From: a bacterium
GTDB taxonomy: Bacteria; Zhuqueibacterota; Zhuqueibacteria; Residuimicrobiales; Krinioviventaceae
NCBI GenBank assembly: GCA_963674595.2
Contig: CAXXFV010000016.1
Coordinates: 608,001 to 672,000, forward strand
Length of the DNA stretch: 64,000 nucleotides
Reading direction: 5' to 3'
Positions 50,923 to 60,762 of this stretch are shown piece after piece. Both the position numbers and the translations under genes were made by a program. The notes under the pieces were generated by a model that was given only the letters and a program-made list of their open reading frames with translations, was not told where the DNA came from and did no database searches. Positions within the stretch are counted from its first letter, which is position 1, and the number at the start of each line of letters is the position of its first letter.

Positions 50923-53900
50923 TAAAATTCAGACATATATTTTTATTTTTTATCGTTTTTTTATCGAGTCCCGGTTACACACAGAGTTTCCGGGACTCTG
51001 TTCATAAAGACCGTCCGCAAGCGGTGAACCTTAAGGTTGGGGAAACCAGCCAGAATGTTATTCAGATAGAGTTTCCTGATCTCAAGACCTCTCTGACATC
51101 TGTTCAGGGTAAAACCTATTCGAAAATTCATATTCAGGATTGTGGCTATATTCACAATGAGGGAATGCCGCAGCTCCCGCTTTATTCCGGGATTTATGAA
51201 ACAAGTGAAACGGCTGATTTTGAAATTATCATTCTGGATTCTGCAATTTACTCCTACAGCGCTCAAGAGCTGGGGATTGAATATGAAATTGTTCCGGTTC
51301 CGTTTCATCCACAAGTCGGACAGGTTTCTGAAAAAAAACAGGTTCGCAATGACCAGGTTTATTCCCACAACAAATTTTTCCCTGAAACTTTATATAAAAT
51401 TTCAAGGACCGGTAAATTAAGAGATAAAAACTTGGTGCGTATTGAATTTTTTCCGGTTCAGTATAATCCGGTTTCAAAGGAATTCCGTGTCGTGGAATCC
51501 ATTCGTCTGGCGCTTGTTAGCAAGTCTAAAGATGATTTTATTGACTCTAATCTGAAAATAACCAAGCAGGAGGATGTTTTTACAAGGGTTACATCTTTCG
51601 ACCCTCCGGTATATCTTGTCATTGGGCCTGATGAGTTTCAAAACACTGCCGGTCCGTTGCTTGATTGGAAAAGGCAAAAAGGATACAAGGTGCAATGGGC
51701 GAACGTCGAAAATATCGGTCCGGATACACTCTCTATTAAATTCTATATAAAACAAATTTTTAACACGTCCAATCTGCAACATGTTTTGTTAATCGGCGAT
51801 GTGCAATATGTTCCTGCATACGTTGGTAAATTCGCTTTAAATCCACATGTACCGCATATGACCGATTATCTTTATACTACGATGGATGGATATGACGATC
51901 TTTTCCCGGATATTTTTATCGGCCGGTTACCGGCGTTGAACACAGCACAACTGAAAACAATGGTTGACAAAAGTCTTGCCTATGAAAAATGTATAGGCGC
52001 TGATTTAAACTGGCGAAATCATGCTGCTTTTGTGGCGTCTAAAGATCAGTCCTTTCACGAACTGGCTGAAAAAGGGCATCGAACCGTAATTAACGATTAT
52101 TGCCGTCCGATAGGTATGGTGTGTGATTCGATATGGGCTTTTTACAATGATAACACTGAACAGCTAAGTCAGGCTGTTCAACAGGGTACCGGGATGGTTG
52201 TTTACTCCGGTCATGGTAACAAAGTTTACTGGAATGATTTAAGAACAAATGGAAGTTACTTTAGTCTGGTGGATATTTATTACTTTCAAAATATTGAAAA
52301 ATATCCTCCGGTTTTAAGTTTTGGCTGTGATGCCGGTGATTTTAACGAAACAGAGTGTTTGGGAGAAAGCTGGCTGCGTTTTGAAAATACCGGCGCCTCT
52401 CTCTTTTTAGGCGCAACAGACCTGGCGTTTTGGTATGAAGACTATTATTATCAGAAAAAATTGTTTGAAGCGGCAGCCGAACCCGACTTGAACAACTTTG
52501 CCGAGATTTCACAGACCGCACTTTTACACTTGTACGCAAGGGGATATTCCCACGCAGAGTATTATTTTGAAATTTATAACATCCTCGGTGATCCGGATTT
52601 GCCGGTTGCATTGGGAATACCGGATTCGTTTTTAGTTAGTGTGCCGGATACAATATCTTCCGGAAGCCGAAGTTTGGCGCTCGATATTTCAAATCAAAAC
52701 GGACCGGTTGAAAATATATGGGCCGCAGTTACTCAGAACAATCAACTTGTAGCTTCTGCATCATCAATCAACGGCAATGCTGAGCTTTTCTTTACAGGTC
52801 CGGTAGATGAATCTGCTCCTTTACTTTTGACATTAACAAAACGGGGATTTGTCCCGTTCCAAAAAGAGATAGCTTTCCCAGCCGAATTTCAGGTAACCAT
52901 TGTTCCGGATACGGTGAAAATAAACAATTCAACTCTAATAAAACTTTATGTCAAAGATCAGGCTGATCAGCCCCGCGCACATGTTCAATGTTATATAAAG
53001 GGTATTGGCCCGAACGCTGTTTATCAATCTGCTACAAACGAATCCGGGATTGCTGATTTTACAGTCTCTTTTCCCTATGGTCAAAATTTGTCTGTTTATG
53101 GAAATGAAACCGGAAACAGCTATTATCAATTTAATGTAGAGTTGCCGGTGACAGGGGGGACGGACTTGACTTCTCCACAAGTGAATATCACAAATGATTC
53201 TGTAAATGTTGATGATAAATTTATACCCTATCTTACCGGTAACCTGGAAATAAATACCCAGCCTGCTGTTGAAAAAATCTATCTTAAAGGCTGTGGATTG
53301 GATACGGTTTTTGAAAACTCTTTTGTCCGGGTTTTCCCAAGAGAAACAGGGCAGATTCAGGTCTGGGGTGCAAGGTCCGGTTATAATTTGCTGGAAACGA
53401 TCATACCGGTTGACTATGAGTATGGTACTGTTCGTGGAACGTTGACCGACAGTGTAACTCTTGTACCGCTTGCACACGTTCCGGTTCACCTGGTCTATCT
53501 TGCTGATAATAAAAAATATACGGTATATTCAGGCAGCAGCGGTGTTTTTGCTTTTGCGGATTTTTGCCAAGTCGGCCATTATAAAATTTTTGTGGAACAG
53601 TTTGGGTATCGTAAATTTGAGAAAAGTTTTTATCTTCAAAAAGATGAAAATGTGGAAAACATTGTATTAACACCAAGATCAACGATAACAATCCAGGGAA
53701 CTGTTACCCTGGCCTCGGCAGACAATTATAGCGGCGTTGATGTCTGTGTTATGGGCCAGAATATCTGCACCTTAACCGATGATCAAGGCCGGTTTGTTTT
53801 GCAAAATGTGGTGCCGGATACGCTGAATATTAAAGCTTTTAAAGACGGTTACAAAAGTGAAACCATTAACGTCGTCGCCTATGAGGGAAATGATATTCAG

Positions 53901-54791
53901 GGTTTATCGATTGAACTGGAAACAGGAATTTCAGAGTTATTTGCCGATTTTGAAGAAAATAACGGTTATTTTACAGCGACAGAAGACTGGAGTTGGGGAA
54001 CGCCCGGTCCGGGATTGTATGACATGGGACCGGAATCAGCATCGTCCGGTAAAAAGGTATGGGGGACGGTTTTGGATGGAGACTATCACGCATCAACTCA
54101 TTCTGTTCTAAAAAGTCCGGAAATCAGTCTGGCCGGTTACCAAAAACCTGTACTCGAGTTTATGCATTTTTATCATACGGATTTAACCACTGAAGGTATT
54201 GACGGCGGCAATATTAAAATCAAAACAACGGATGATAGTGTTCGCAATATCGTTTTTCCGGAAAATGGTTACACCTGTAACGCTTTGGATGCTGATAATT
54301 TATTTATGGGCGGTGAACCGGCTTTTAGCGGTGATGGTAAAAAATGGGAATCCGTTAAAATTGACTTGTCTGAAATGATAAACAAGCATATATTTGTAGA
54401 GTTTCATTTCAGCAGTGATGAGGATGTGAACGACGCCGGTTGGTATATTGATGATTTTAAGGTATATGATGATGAAAATTCTAATGTCCTGACTCAGGAA
54501 CCCGTATTACCGGACCATTTAATTTTGGAACAGAATTATCCCAATCCGTTTAACGCACAAACCAGGTTTGAATTTTACATTCCAAATAAAAGATTTGTTG
54601 AAATTGAGGTGTTTAATACCATAGGGCAGCGTGTCAACACCCTCATGAAAAGTACCCTGGCTGCCGGTAAATACAAAGTAATCTGGAACGGAACAGACAC
54701 CAATGGCATGAGTTTGAATTCCGGGATATATTTTATACGAATGACAACACATTCGGAATATAAAATAATCAAGGCTGTTTATATTCGTTAG
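50919..54791 (+). CDS. C25 (gingipain-like) cysteine peptidase with propeptide, carboxypeptidase-regulatory-like repeats and T9SS-type CTD
   Basis: G.PQLP and FPVQYNPV propeptide; WKRQKGY; LLIGD; D..PDIFIGRLP; YSGHG (His); SFGCDAG (Cys); YNILGDP; LEQNYPNPFN. Confidence 0.9.
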   Translation: MIKFRHIFLFFIVFLSSPGYTQSFRDSVHKDRPQAVNLKVGETSQNVIQIEFPDLKTSLTSVQGKTYSKIHIQDCGYIHNEGMPQLPLYSGIYETSETADFEIIILDSAIYSYSAQELGIEYEIVPVPFHPQVGQVSEKKQVRNDQVYSHNKFFPETLYKISRTGKLRDKNLVRIEFFPVQYNPVSKEFRVVESIRLALVSKSKDDFIDSNLKITKQEDVFTRVTSFDPPVYLVIGPDEFQNTAGPLLDWKRQKGYKVQWANVENIGPDTLSIKFYIKQIFNTSNLQHVLLIGDVQYVPAYVGKFALNPHVPHMTDYLYTTMDGYDDLFPDIFIGRLPALNTAQLKTMVDKSLAYEKCIGADLNWRNHAAFVASKDQSFHELAEKGHRTVINDYCRPIGMVCDSIWAFYNDNTEQLSQAVQQGTGMVVYSGHGNKVYWNDLRTNGSYFSLVDIYYFQNIEKYPPVLSFGCDAGDFNETECLGESWLRFENTGASLFLGATDLAFWYEDYYYQKKLFEAAAEPDLNNFAEISQTALLHLYARGYSHAEYYFEIYNILGDPDLPVALGIPDSFLVSVPDTISSGSRSLALDISNQNGPVENIWAAVTQNNQLVASASSINGNAELFFTGPVDESAPLLLTLTKRGFVPFQKEIAFPAEFQVTIVPDTVKINNSTLIKLYVKDQADQPRAHVQCYIKGIGPNAVYQSATNESGIADFTVSFPYGQNLSVYGNETGNSYYQFNVELPVTGGTDLTSPQVNITNDSVNVDDKFIPYLTGNLEINTQPAVEKIYLKGCGLDTVFENSFVRVFPRETGQIQVWGARSGYNLLETIIPVDYEYGTVRGTLTDSVTLVPLAHVPVHLVYLADNKKYTVYSGSSGVFAFADFCQVGHYKIFVEQFGYRKFEKSFYLQKDENVENIVLTPRSTITIQGTVTLASADNYSGVDVCVMGQNICTLTDDQGRFVLQNVVPDTLNIKAFKDGYKSETINVVAYEGNDIQGLSIELETGISELFADFEENNGYFTATEDWSWGTPGPGLYDMGPESASSGKKVWGTVLDGDYHASTHSVLKSPEISLAGYQKPVLEFMHFYHTDLTTEGIDGGNIKIKTTDDSVRNIVFPENGYTCNALDADNLFMGGEPAFSGDGKKWESVKIDLSEMINKHIFVEFHFSSDEDVNDAGWYIDDFKVYDDENSNVLTQEPVLPDHLILEQNYPNPFNAQTRFEFYIPNKRFVEIEVFNTIGQRVNTLMKSTLAAGKYKVIWNGTDTNGMSLNSGIYFIRMTTHSEYKIIKAVYIR

Positions 54792-54810
54792 GTTTTTATT
54801 TTTTAAAAAA

Positions 54811-57800
54811 GTGGAGCAGAGCGTGGCAAAAAAACAAGCTGTAAAGAATAAACAACAAATTGAAAATCCATCACGAATCCGGTATAACATTAGTGGAATT
54901 CATTATGCTATTTTATTTTTATTTTTGATTTCCGGAATGTGCGGACTTGTTTATCAGGTTGTCTGGGTAAGAATTCTAAATTTAATTTTTGGTGTTACAG
55001 CTTTTGCCGTTAGTACCGTTGTTACCGCTTTTATGGCCGGTCTGGCCTGGGGCAGTTTTTATTGGGGCCGAAAAATAGAAAAAAGCAAAAATCCGCTGCG
55101 AATTTATGGGTTTCTGGAAATTGGGGTTGGAATATATGCTTTAATCTCGCCGTTTATATTTTCCGGAATTGACTCTGTTTATATATTTATTTTCAGAACG
55201 TTTTCACCGGGATTCTATGTTTTTGCATTGATACGTTTTTTGCTTGCAGGTGTTATTATTATTTTGCCCACTATGTTTATGGGTGGGACCTTACCGATCC
55301 TTGTGAAATATTTTGTGCGTCAGAATAATCTGGTGGGTCGATTAGCCGGATATCTTTATTCGTTTAATACGGTCGGCGCTGTTATCGGCACAATTGCAGC
55401 CGGATTTTTTATGGTTAAGTACATGGGCGTACAAAATACCATTACATTGACAGCCTTTGTAAATATAATTGTCGGTGTGGCGGCATTTTTAATTTCACGT
55501 AAGAAGAGTAAGGATATTCAGGATGAACCACAAACAGAAATCCCGTTAAAAGAACCTGAAAAAATCCCGGAGCAACGTTTACTTTTATGGGGTTTTGCAC
55601 TTTCAGGCTTGGCATCGCTTGCTTATGAAGTGTTGTGGACCCGGTCACTTTTATTCTTTTTGGGACTGACCACCTATACTTTTTCCACTATTCTTGCCGC
55701 TTTTCTGGTTGGAATCGCCCTGGGAAGTTATATTTTTTCCCGCTTGGTTCACCAAAAACGAAATTTAATTTTGTGGTTTGGAATTGTCCAACTGATTATC
55801 GGATTATTTGCCCTGGCAGTTATGCCGTTAATTGAAAATTTTTATTCCATATCGAATGAATTACGGTCTTCATTGGGTTATTATTCCTGGTGGACCAATG
55901 TTGGTATTAAATTTTTACTGTCATTTTTATTGATGCTCATCCCCACCATATTTATGGGCGGGACTTTTCCGATTATTGTTCAGGCCTATGGTAAAACAAT
56001 TTCAGGATTAGGTAAAAAAGTGGGAGAGGTTTATTCGGCAAATACGGTCGGTTCCATCATCGGATCGTTTTTAGCAGGATTCGTACTTGTTCCTTTTTGC
56101 GGTGTACGTTTGAGTATTGCTCTTGTTGTGCTGCTGAATTTTGCAATTGGACTATTTTTTATATATTACAATCAACGGGCAGTGACGAAACGTCGGTATA
56201 TTATATTTGGTTTAGCCGGCATCCTCGTTGTGTTGGTCATTCTTTCCATGAACCAAAAACCGCTTATTTTGGCAAGCGTCGAATTTAAAGGCCCTTCCAG
56301 ACGATATGATTTACTGCACTATAAAGAAGGGATTGACGGATCACTGGCTGTTCTGCAGGACCGTGTTAACGGTGAACGTGAACTTAATATTAACGGTGAA
56401 TCCACAGCTTTTACCATTTATCAGGACATGCAGGTCCATAAATTGCTCGGACATTTACCCATGCTGGTCCATCCGGCCCCTAAAGACGTTTTGGTTGTTG
56501 GATTCGGTTTGGGCAGTACGTCCTGGGCAACTGTGCAGTATCCGGATGTCCGAACAGACTGTGTAGAACTGGTTAGAGATGAGATTGAAACAGCCATCTA
56601 TTTTGAACCGGAAAACCATAACGTTATGGATAATCCCAAGTTCAATCTTGTTATTACAGACGGACGTGATTTTGTTAAAGGTACGCGAAAAAAGTATGAT
56701 GTTATTTCCTTTAACGCCATTCATCCTAAAATAAGCCCCAATCTCTACACATTGGACTTTTATGAAATGTGCCGCGATATTTTAAAGGACCAGGGGATAA
56801 TTATTGCCTGGCTGCCGCCCAATGCCATTACCGAAACAGAATATCAGTCTTTAATAAAAACATTTATTCAGGTTTTTCCGTCCAGTTCACTCTGGTATGT
56901 CAATCCGTCGCATATGCTGCTGATGTCTTCTCCGGATGGATTTAAAATTGATTATCAGCAACTTAAGAACAGGCTTGCTTTGCAGGGGGTGAATAAGGAT
57001 TTAAAAGAAGGAAATCTGGAAAATATTTTTGAATTAAGCAGTTGTTTTTTGATGGCTGAAGATCAGCTTGCTCAATATTGTTACAACGCACCAATAAACT
57101 CGGATGATTTGCCCTACATAGAGTTTTCACGGGAACTGACGGTAACTGTAAATATGGATGTTTTGTCAAGTCTTGGCAGGCTTAAAAAAAGTCTCTATCC
57201 CTATTTTACGAATATGGGTGAAGATTCTTTGGAAATAAAAGAAAAATTAAAAGTGTATGACCAGGTTAAATCATTAGTAGCAAAGGGACAAGTCTCTGCC
57301 TGGAATGGTCAGTTTGACAAGGCCGGGGTTTATTATCAGGAAGCACTGTCACTGGATACTGATAATGCAAATGCTCTTTATTTAAATGGTTTATTAGCTC
57401 GCAGAAAAGATGATTTGATAAAATTGACAGAGTTGAATCCACAGAATGCCAAAGCTTTTCAGGCACTGGGTGAAATTTATTTACAGGAAAATAATATAAA
57501 ACAAGCTTTTCAAGCCTTTAACCGGGCCAATTATATTGATCCGGAATATGCACAGCCCTATCACCATCTGGGAGTTATTTATTATTTACAACAAAGACCT
57601 GATAAAGCCCTGGTGCAGTTAGAGCATGCTTTGAAACTTGATCCGAATTATGGCGCTTCTTATTATTATTTGGGAATGTGTTATTGGCGTATGAGTAAAC
57701 TAGATCCGGCGATAGAAAATTTTGAAAAAACCATCGAGTTGGATCCGAGTGTTGCAGCAGCTCATTATCGATTGGGTTTAGGTTATGAAATGAAAAGGTG

Positions 57801-57900
57801 GTATGATAAAGCATTGATTTGTTTTGAAAATGCGTTAAAAGTTGATCCGAATTATGAGCCGGCATTAATAAAATTAAATAATCAGAGTGGCAATAAATAA
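54811..57900 (+). CDS. Fused MFS-like membrane domain / spermidine-synthase-like SAM-binding domain with C-terminal TPRs
   Basis: Duplicated TM motifs SG..L.Y.V.W.R and P..FMGGT.P..Y..NT.G; VLVVGFGLG; CVEL; DGRDFV..KYDVI; NLYT.DFY; NSDD.P.IEF; TPR helices. Confidence 0.85.
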   Translation: MEQSVAKKQAVKNKQQIENPSRIRYNISGIHYAILFLFLISGMCGLVYQVVWVRILNLIFGVTAFAVSTVVTAFMAGLAWGSFYWGRKIEKSKNPLRIYGFLEIGVGIYALISPFIFSGIDSVYIFIFRTFSPGFYVFALIRFLLAGVIIILPTMFMGGTLPILVKYFVRQNNLVGRLAGYLYSFNTVGAVIGTIAAGFFMVKYMGVQNTITLTAFVNIIVGVAAFLISRKKSKDIQDEPQTEIPLKEPEKIPEQRLLLWGFALSGLASLAYEVLWTRSLLFFLGLTTYTFSTILAAFLVGIALGSYIFSRLVHQKRNLILWFGIVQLIIGLFALAVMPLIENFYSISNELRSSLGYYSWWTNVGIKFLLSFLLMLIPTIFMGGTFPIIVQAYGKTISGLGKKVGEVYSANTVGSIIGSFLAGFVLVPFCGVRLSIALVVLLNFAIGLFFIYYNQRAVTKRRYIIFGLAGILVVLVILSMNQKPLILASVEFKGPSRRYDLLHYKEGIDGSLAVLQDRVNGERELNINGESTAFTIYQDMQVHKLLGHLPMLVHPAPKDVLVVGFGLGSTSWATVQYPDVRTDCVELVRDEIETAIYFEPENHNVMDNPKFNLVITDGRDFVKGTRKKYDVISFNAIHPKISPNLYTLDFYEMCRDILKDQGIIIAWLPPNAITETEYQSLIKTFIQVFPSSSLWYVNPSHMLLMSSPDGFKIDYQQLKNRLALQGVNKDLKEGNLENIFELSSCFLMAEDQLAQYCYNAPINSDDLPYIEFSRELTVTVNMDVLSSLGRLKKSLYPYFTNMGEDSLEIKEKLKVYDQVKSLVAKGQVSAWNGQFDKAGVYYQEALSLDTDNANALYLNGLLARRKDDLIKLTELNPQNAKAFQALGEIYLQENNIKQAFQAFNRANYIDPEYAQPYHHLGVIYYLQQRPDKALVQLEHALKLDPNYGASYYYLGMCYWRMSKLDPAIENFEKTIELDPSVAAAHYRLGLGYEMKRWYDKALICFENALKVDPNYEPALIKLNNQSGNK

Positions 57901-58008
57901 TTTCTATTCATTTTATGCGAAACCATGTTGTTTCATGTACGTTAAAAGAAAAGGTTGGGGGATTATTAAACAACAAATTCATGTTTATTATGTAATAATG
58001 CAGTCAGG

Positions 58009-60291
58009 TTGTCGGTAGAAAGGGATACTTTGATAAAATTATGGAAAATTTTGGTTTGCGCTTGCGTTGTGTCTGTGGCTTTTGGGCAAGCTTGGGCTTT
58101 TGATCATTTCAGCAAGATGGATCCGCGATTGACAAAAATTTTATTAAATTCGGAACGCATTGATGATATAAAAAATGATTTGTCTTTGAAAAAGTCCGGA
58201 ACACAATGGTTTGTTGAGGCAATAATTACTTTTGATGGGAATGTATATGAACTTGAAAGTTCCGGGGTTCAAATAGTCAAATCATTTGCAGATATGGCTG
58301 TTGTTCGGGTGCCTTTTGAAAAATTGGAACAGGTGGCCGAAAATCCCCAGATAATTTATATGGAAGCGCCAACCATATCAAAACCCTATTTGGATAAAAG
58401 TATTCCCGTGATTAATGGAATTAAGGCACGGCAGACATTGAATAAAACAGGAAAGGGGGTGCTTGTTGGAGTTATTGATTCCGGTATTGATTGGCAGCAT
58501 TATGATTTTCGCAAATCAAATGGCGATACACGAATTAAATTTTTATTGGACCTTAGTGATTCAAATGGTAATTATTATGGTGGTAAACTTTATACCGAAC
58601 AGGACATTAATAATGCATTGAACGGTTTGGGGCAGGTTAATGAATATGATTACTCGGGACACGGAACACATGTCGCCGGTATTATTGCCGGTGATGACAG
58701 TGAGTTGGCCGGATATGGTAGTTTTGCCGGAGTTGCTCCGGAAGCTGATCTTGTGATCGTCAAAGCGAGTCGTGATGTAAAAGGTGATTCATTTCTCTCA
58801 ACTGATCAATTTATCGCCTTAACCTTTATCGATAGTGTTGCCTCTGTTCTCGGAATGCCTTATGTTGTCAATATGAGCCTCGGTGGACACTTTGGCGCTC
58901 ATGACGGGACAGCTTCAACTGAAAGAGAAATCGATGCGTTGGTTGGCCCCACCACTTCTGGTAAGGCAATCGTAACAGTTGCCGGTAACGAACGTGATGT
59001 AAATATACACGCCAAAGCATATCTGGGGTCTTCGAGTGGTTCCAGTGAGATTACTTTTAATGTTGACGGCTCCGGTTCAGGAAATGATCTGATACAGCTC
59101 GATGCCTGGTATGATGGCAGCAGTAATGTAACCCTTTCATTAATCTCGCCGGACGGTGTTACTCACGGACCGGTACGTCGGGGTAATTATTACGACAAAA
59201 GCACAAATGACGGCAAGATTTTAATTCTAAATGGCTATTTTGTTAAAGATAATGGTTCAGCCGTATATGGAGTCTCTCCGTTTAATGGAGATTTTGAAAT
59301 CTATATAGAAATAAGTGATAACGACGGAATTGCGCCCAGTGAAGGTGAATGGAAAATTAAATTCGAAGGCAGCAATGCTACCATAGATGCCTATATGGCC
59401 TATTCTTCAATCAATGTACAGTTTGACCAGGGCAGTGTTTCGACCGGAAAGATTTCCGTACCCGGTACATCCAAGAACGTTATCACCAGCGGCGGCTATA
59501 TTACCAGGCTGACTTGGACCGATTTTGAAAATAATACATTAACGATTGATAGTCAAAATAATATGTCTGTAGGAGATATTGCTGATTTTTCAAATCCCGG
59601 CCCGACACGAGACGGGCGAATAAAACCGGATGTCACTGCACCTGCAATGATGATAGCCAGTACAATTTCTCAGCAAGCCTGGGTAACGGAGCCAAACAGT
59701 ATGTTTATATCCGGCAACTCTAGTTTCCCTTATGGTATGATATTGCAGGATGGAAAGCACGGATTGGCTTCGGGAACAAGTATGGCCGGTCCGCATGTTG
59801 CCGGTGCTGTTGCTTTGCTGCTTGAAGAATTCCCGAATGCTACGGCTACGCAGCTCCAGGGCATGCTGGCAAACAGTGCAAATGCTGATCAATATACCGG
59901 CAGTTTGCCAAACTCTGACTGGGGTTGGGGAAAACTGGATGTTTATAAAGCCCTGCAAACAGAGCCGGGAGAAAAACCTGTTTTAGAGTTTATCGTGGAT
60001 AATATCTACCCTAATCCATTTCCTCGAACTGAAACTAAATCTGCTCATATAGATTATATGTTGTCTGAAAGCGAGAGCGGCGAACATATAACTATTACTG
60101 TCTATAATGCATTAGGGCAAAAAGTCCGAACCATTATTTCTGAAACCCAAAATGCCGGTTCTCACGCTGTAATTTGGGATGGGCGGGATGATAACAGTTA
60201 TCCCGTGGCAGCAGGTGTTTATCTTGTAGAATTTAAATCTAATTCGAAACAAGAAGTTAAAAAAGTCGTCTATTTAGGAAACACAAATTAA
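58009..60291 (+). CDS. S8 serine protease with a large insertion in the catalytic domain and a T9SS-type CTD
   Basis: GKGVLVGVIDSGID, GHGTHVAGI, VNMSLG, AGNE, FSNPGPTRDGRIKPD, SGTSMAGPHVAG; YPNPF..WDGRD..AAGVY..KKVV. Confidence 0.92.
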   Translation: MSVERDTLIKLWKILVCACVVSVAFGQAWAFDHFSKMDPRLTKILLNSERIDDIKNDLSLKKSGTQWFVEAIITFDGNVYELESSGVQIVKSFADMAVVRVPFEKLEQVAENPQIIYMEAPTISKPYLDKSIPVINGIKARQTLNKTGKGVLVGVIDSGIDWQHYDFRKSNGDTRIKFLLDLSDSNGNYYGGKLYTEQDINNALNGLGQVNEYDYSGHGTHVAGIIAGDDSELAGYGSFAGVAPEADLVIVKASRDVKGDSFLSTDQFIALTFIDSVASVLGMPYVVNMSLGGHFGAHDGTASTEREIDALVGPTTSGKAIVTVAGNERDVNIHAKAYLGSSSGSSEITFNVDGSGSGNDLIQLDAWYDGSSNVTLSLISPDGVTHGPVRRGNYYDKSTNDGKILILNGYFVKDNGSAVYGVSPFNGDFEIYIEISDNDGIAPSEGEWKIKFEGSNATIDAYMAYSSINVQFDQGSVSTGKISVPGTSKNVITSGGYITRLTWTDFENNTLTIDSQNNMSVGDIADFSNPGPTRDGRIKPDVTAPAMMIASTISQQAWVTEPNSMFISGNSSFPYGMILQDGKHGLASGTSMAGPHVAGAVALLLEEFPNATATQLQGMLANSANADQYTGSLPNSDWGWGKLDVYKALQTEPGEKPVLEFIVDNIYPNPFPRTETKSAHIDYMLSESESGEHITITVYNALGQKVRTIISETQNAGSHAVIWDGRDDNSYPVAAGVYLVEFKSNSKQEVKKVVYLGNTN

Positions 60292-60318
60292 AATAAATTA
60301 AATTATTTGGAGGTTATT

Positions 60319-60753
60319 ATGGGAACACTTTTTGAAGATATTCGTGACGGTATACGTGACGGTATTGAACTGTTTGTAGATAAAACAGAAGAATATACAA
60401 AAATCGGCAAATTAAAGGTTGATATCCTTGGAATTAAACGAAACATTGAAAAATTATTTTCTGAACTTGGCGGAAGAACATACGAACTTTTGTCAAATGA
60501 TGAAAAATCCGATGTTGCTGCTGATTCAGAAGTTGAACGACTTGTTCAGAATTTGAAAGAACAGGAAGAAAAACTGGATGCAAAAAAGAACGAAATAAAA
60601 ATTGTTAAAGAAGAAAAAGAAAAAGAACGTAAAGAACGTGATGAGTCGCGTCGTCAGGCTAAAGAAAAGCAGCCGGAACAATCTGAGACTGCTGATCAGG
60701 ATATAGAAGATGTTACCGCTACAGAAGTTGATGAAGAAGATAAAGAAAAATAA
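60319..60753 (+). CDS. Hypothetical coiled-coil, acidic-tailed protein
   Basis: ATG after GGAGG; helical charged sequence (KTEEYTKIGKLK..I..LFSELG); E/K-rich tail. Confidence 0.7.
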   Translation: MGTLFEDIRDGIRDGIELFVDKTEEYTKIGKLKVDILGIKRNIEKLFSELGGRTYELLSNDEKSDVAADSEVERLVQNLKEQEEKLDAKKNEIKIVKEEKEKERKERDESRRQAKEKQPEQSETADQDIEDVTATEVDEEDKEK

Positions 60754-60762
60754 TAGAACCGG

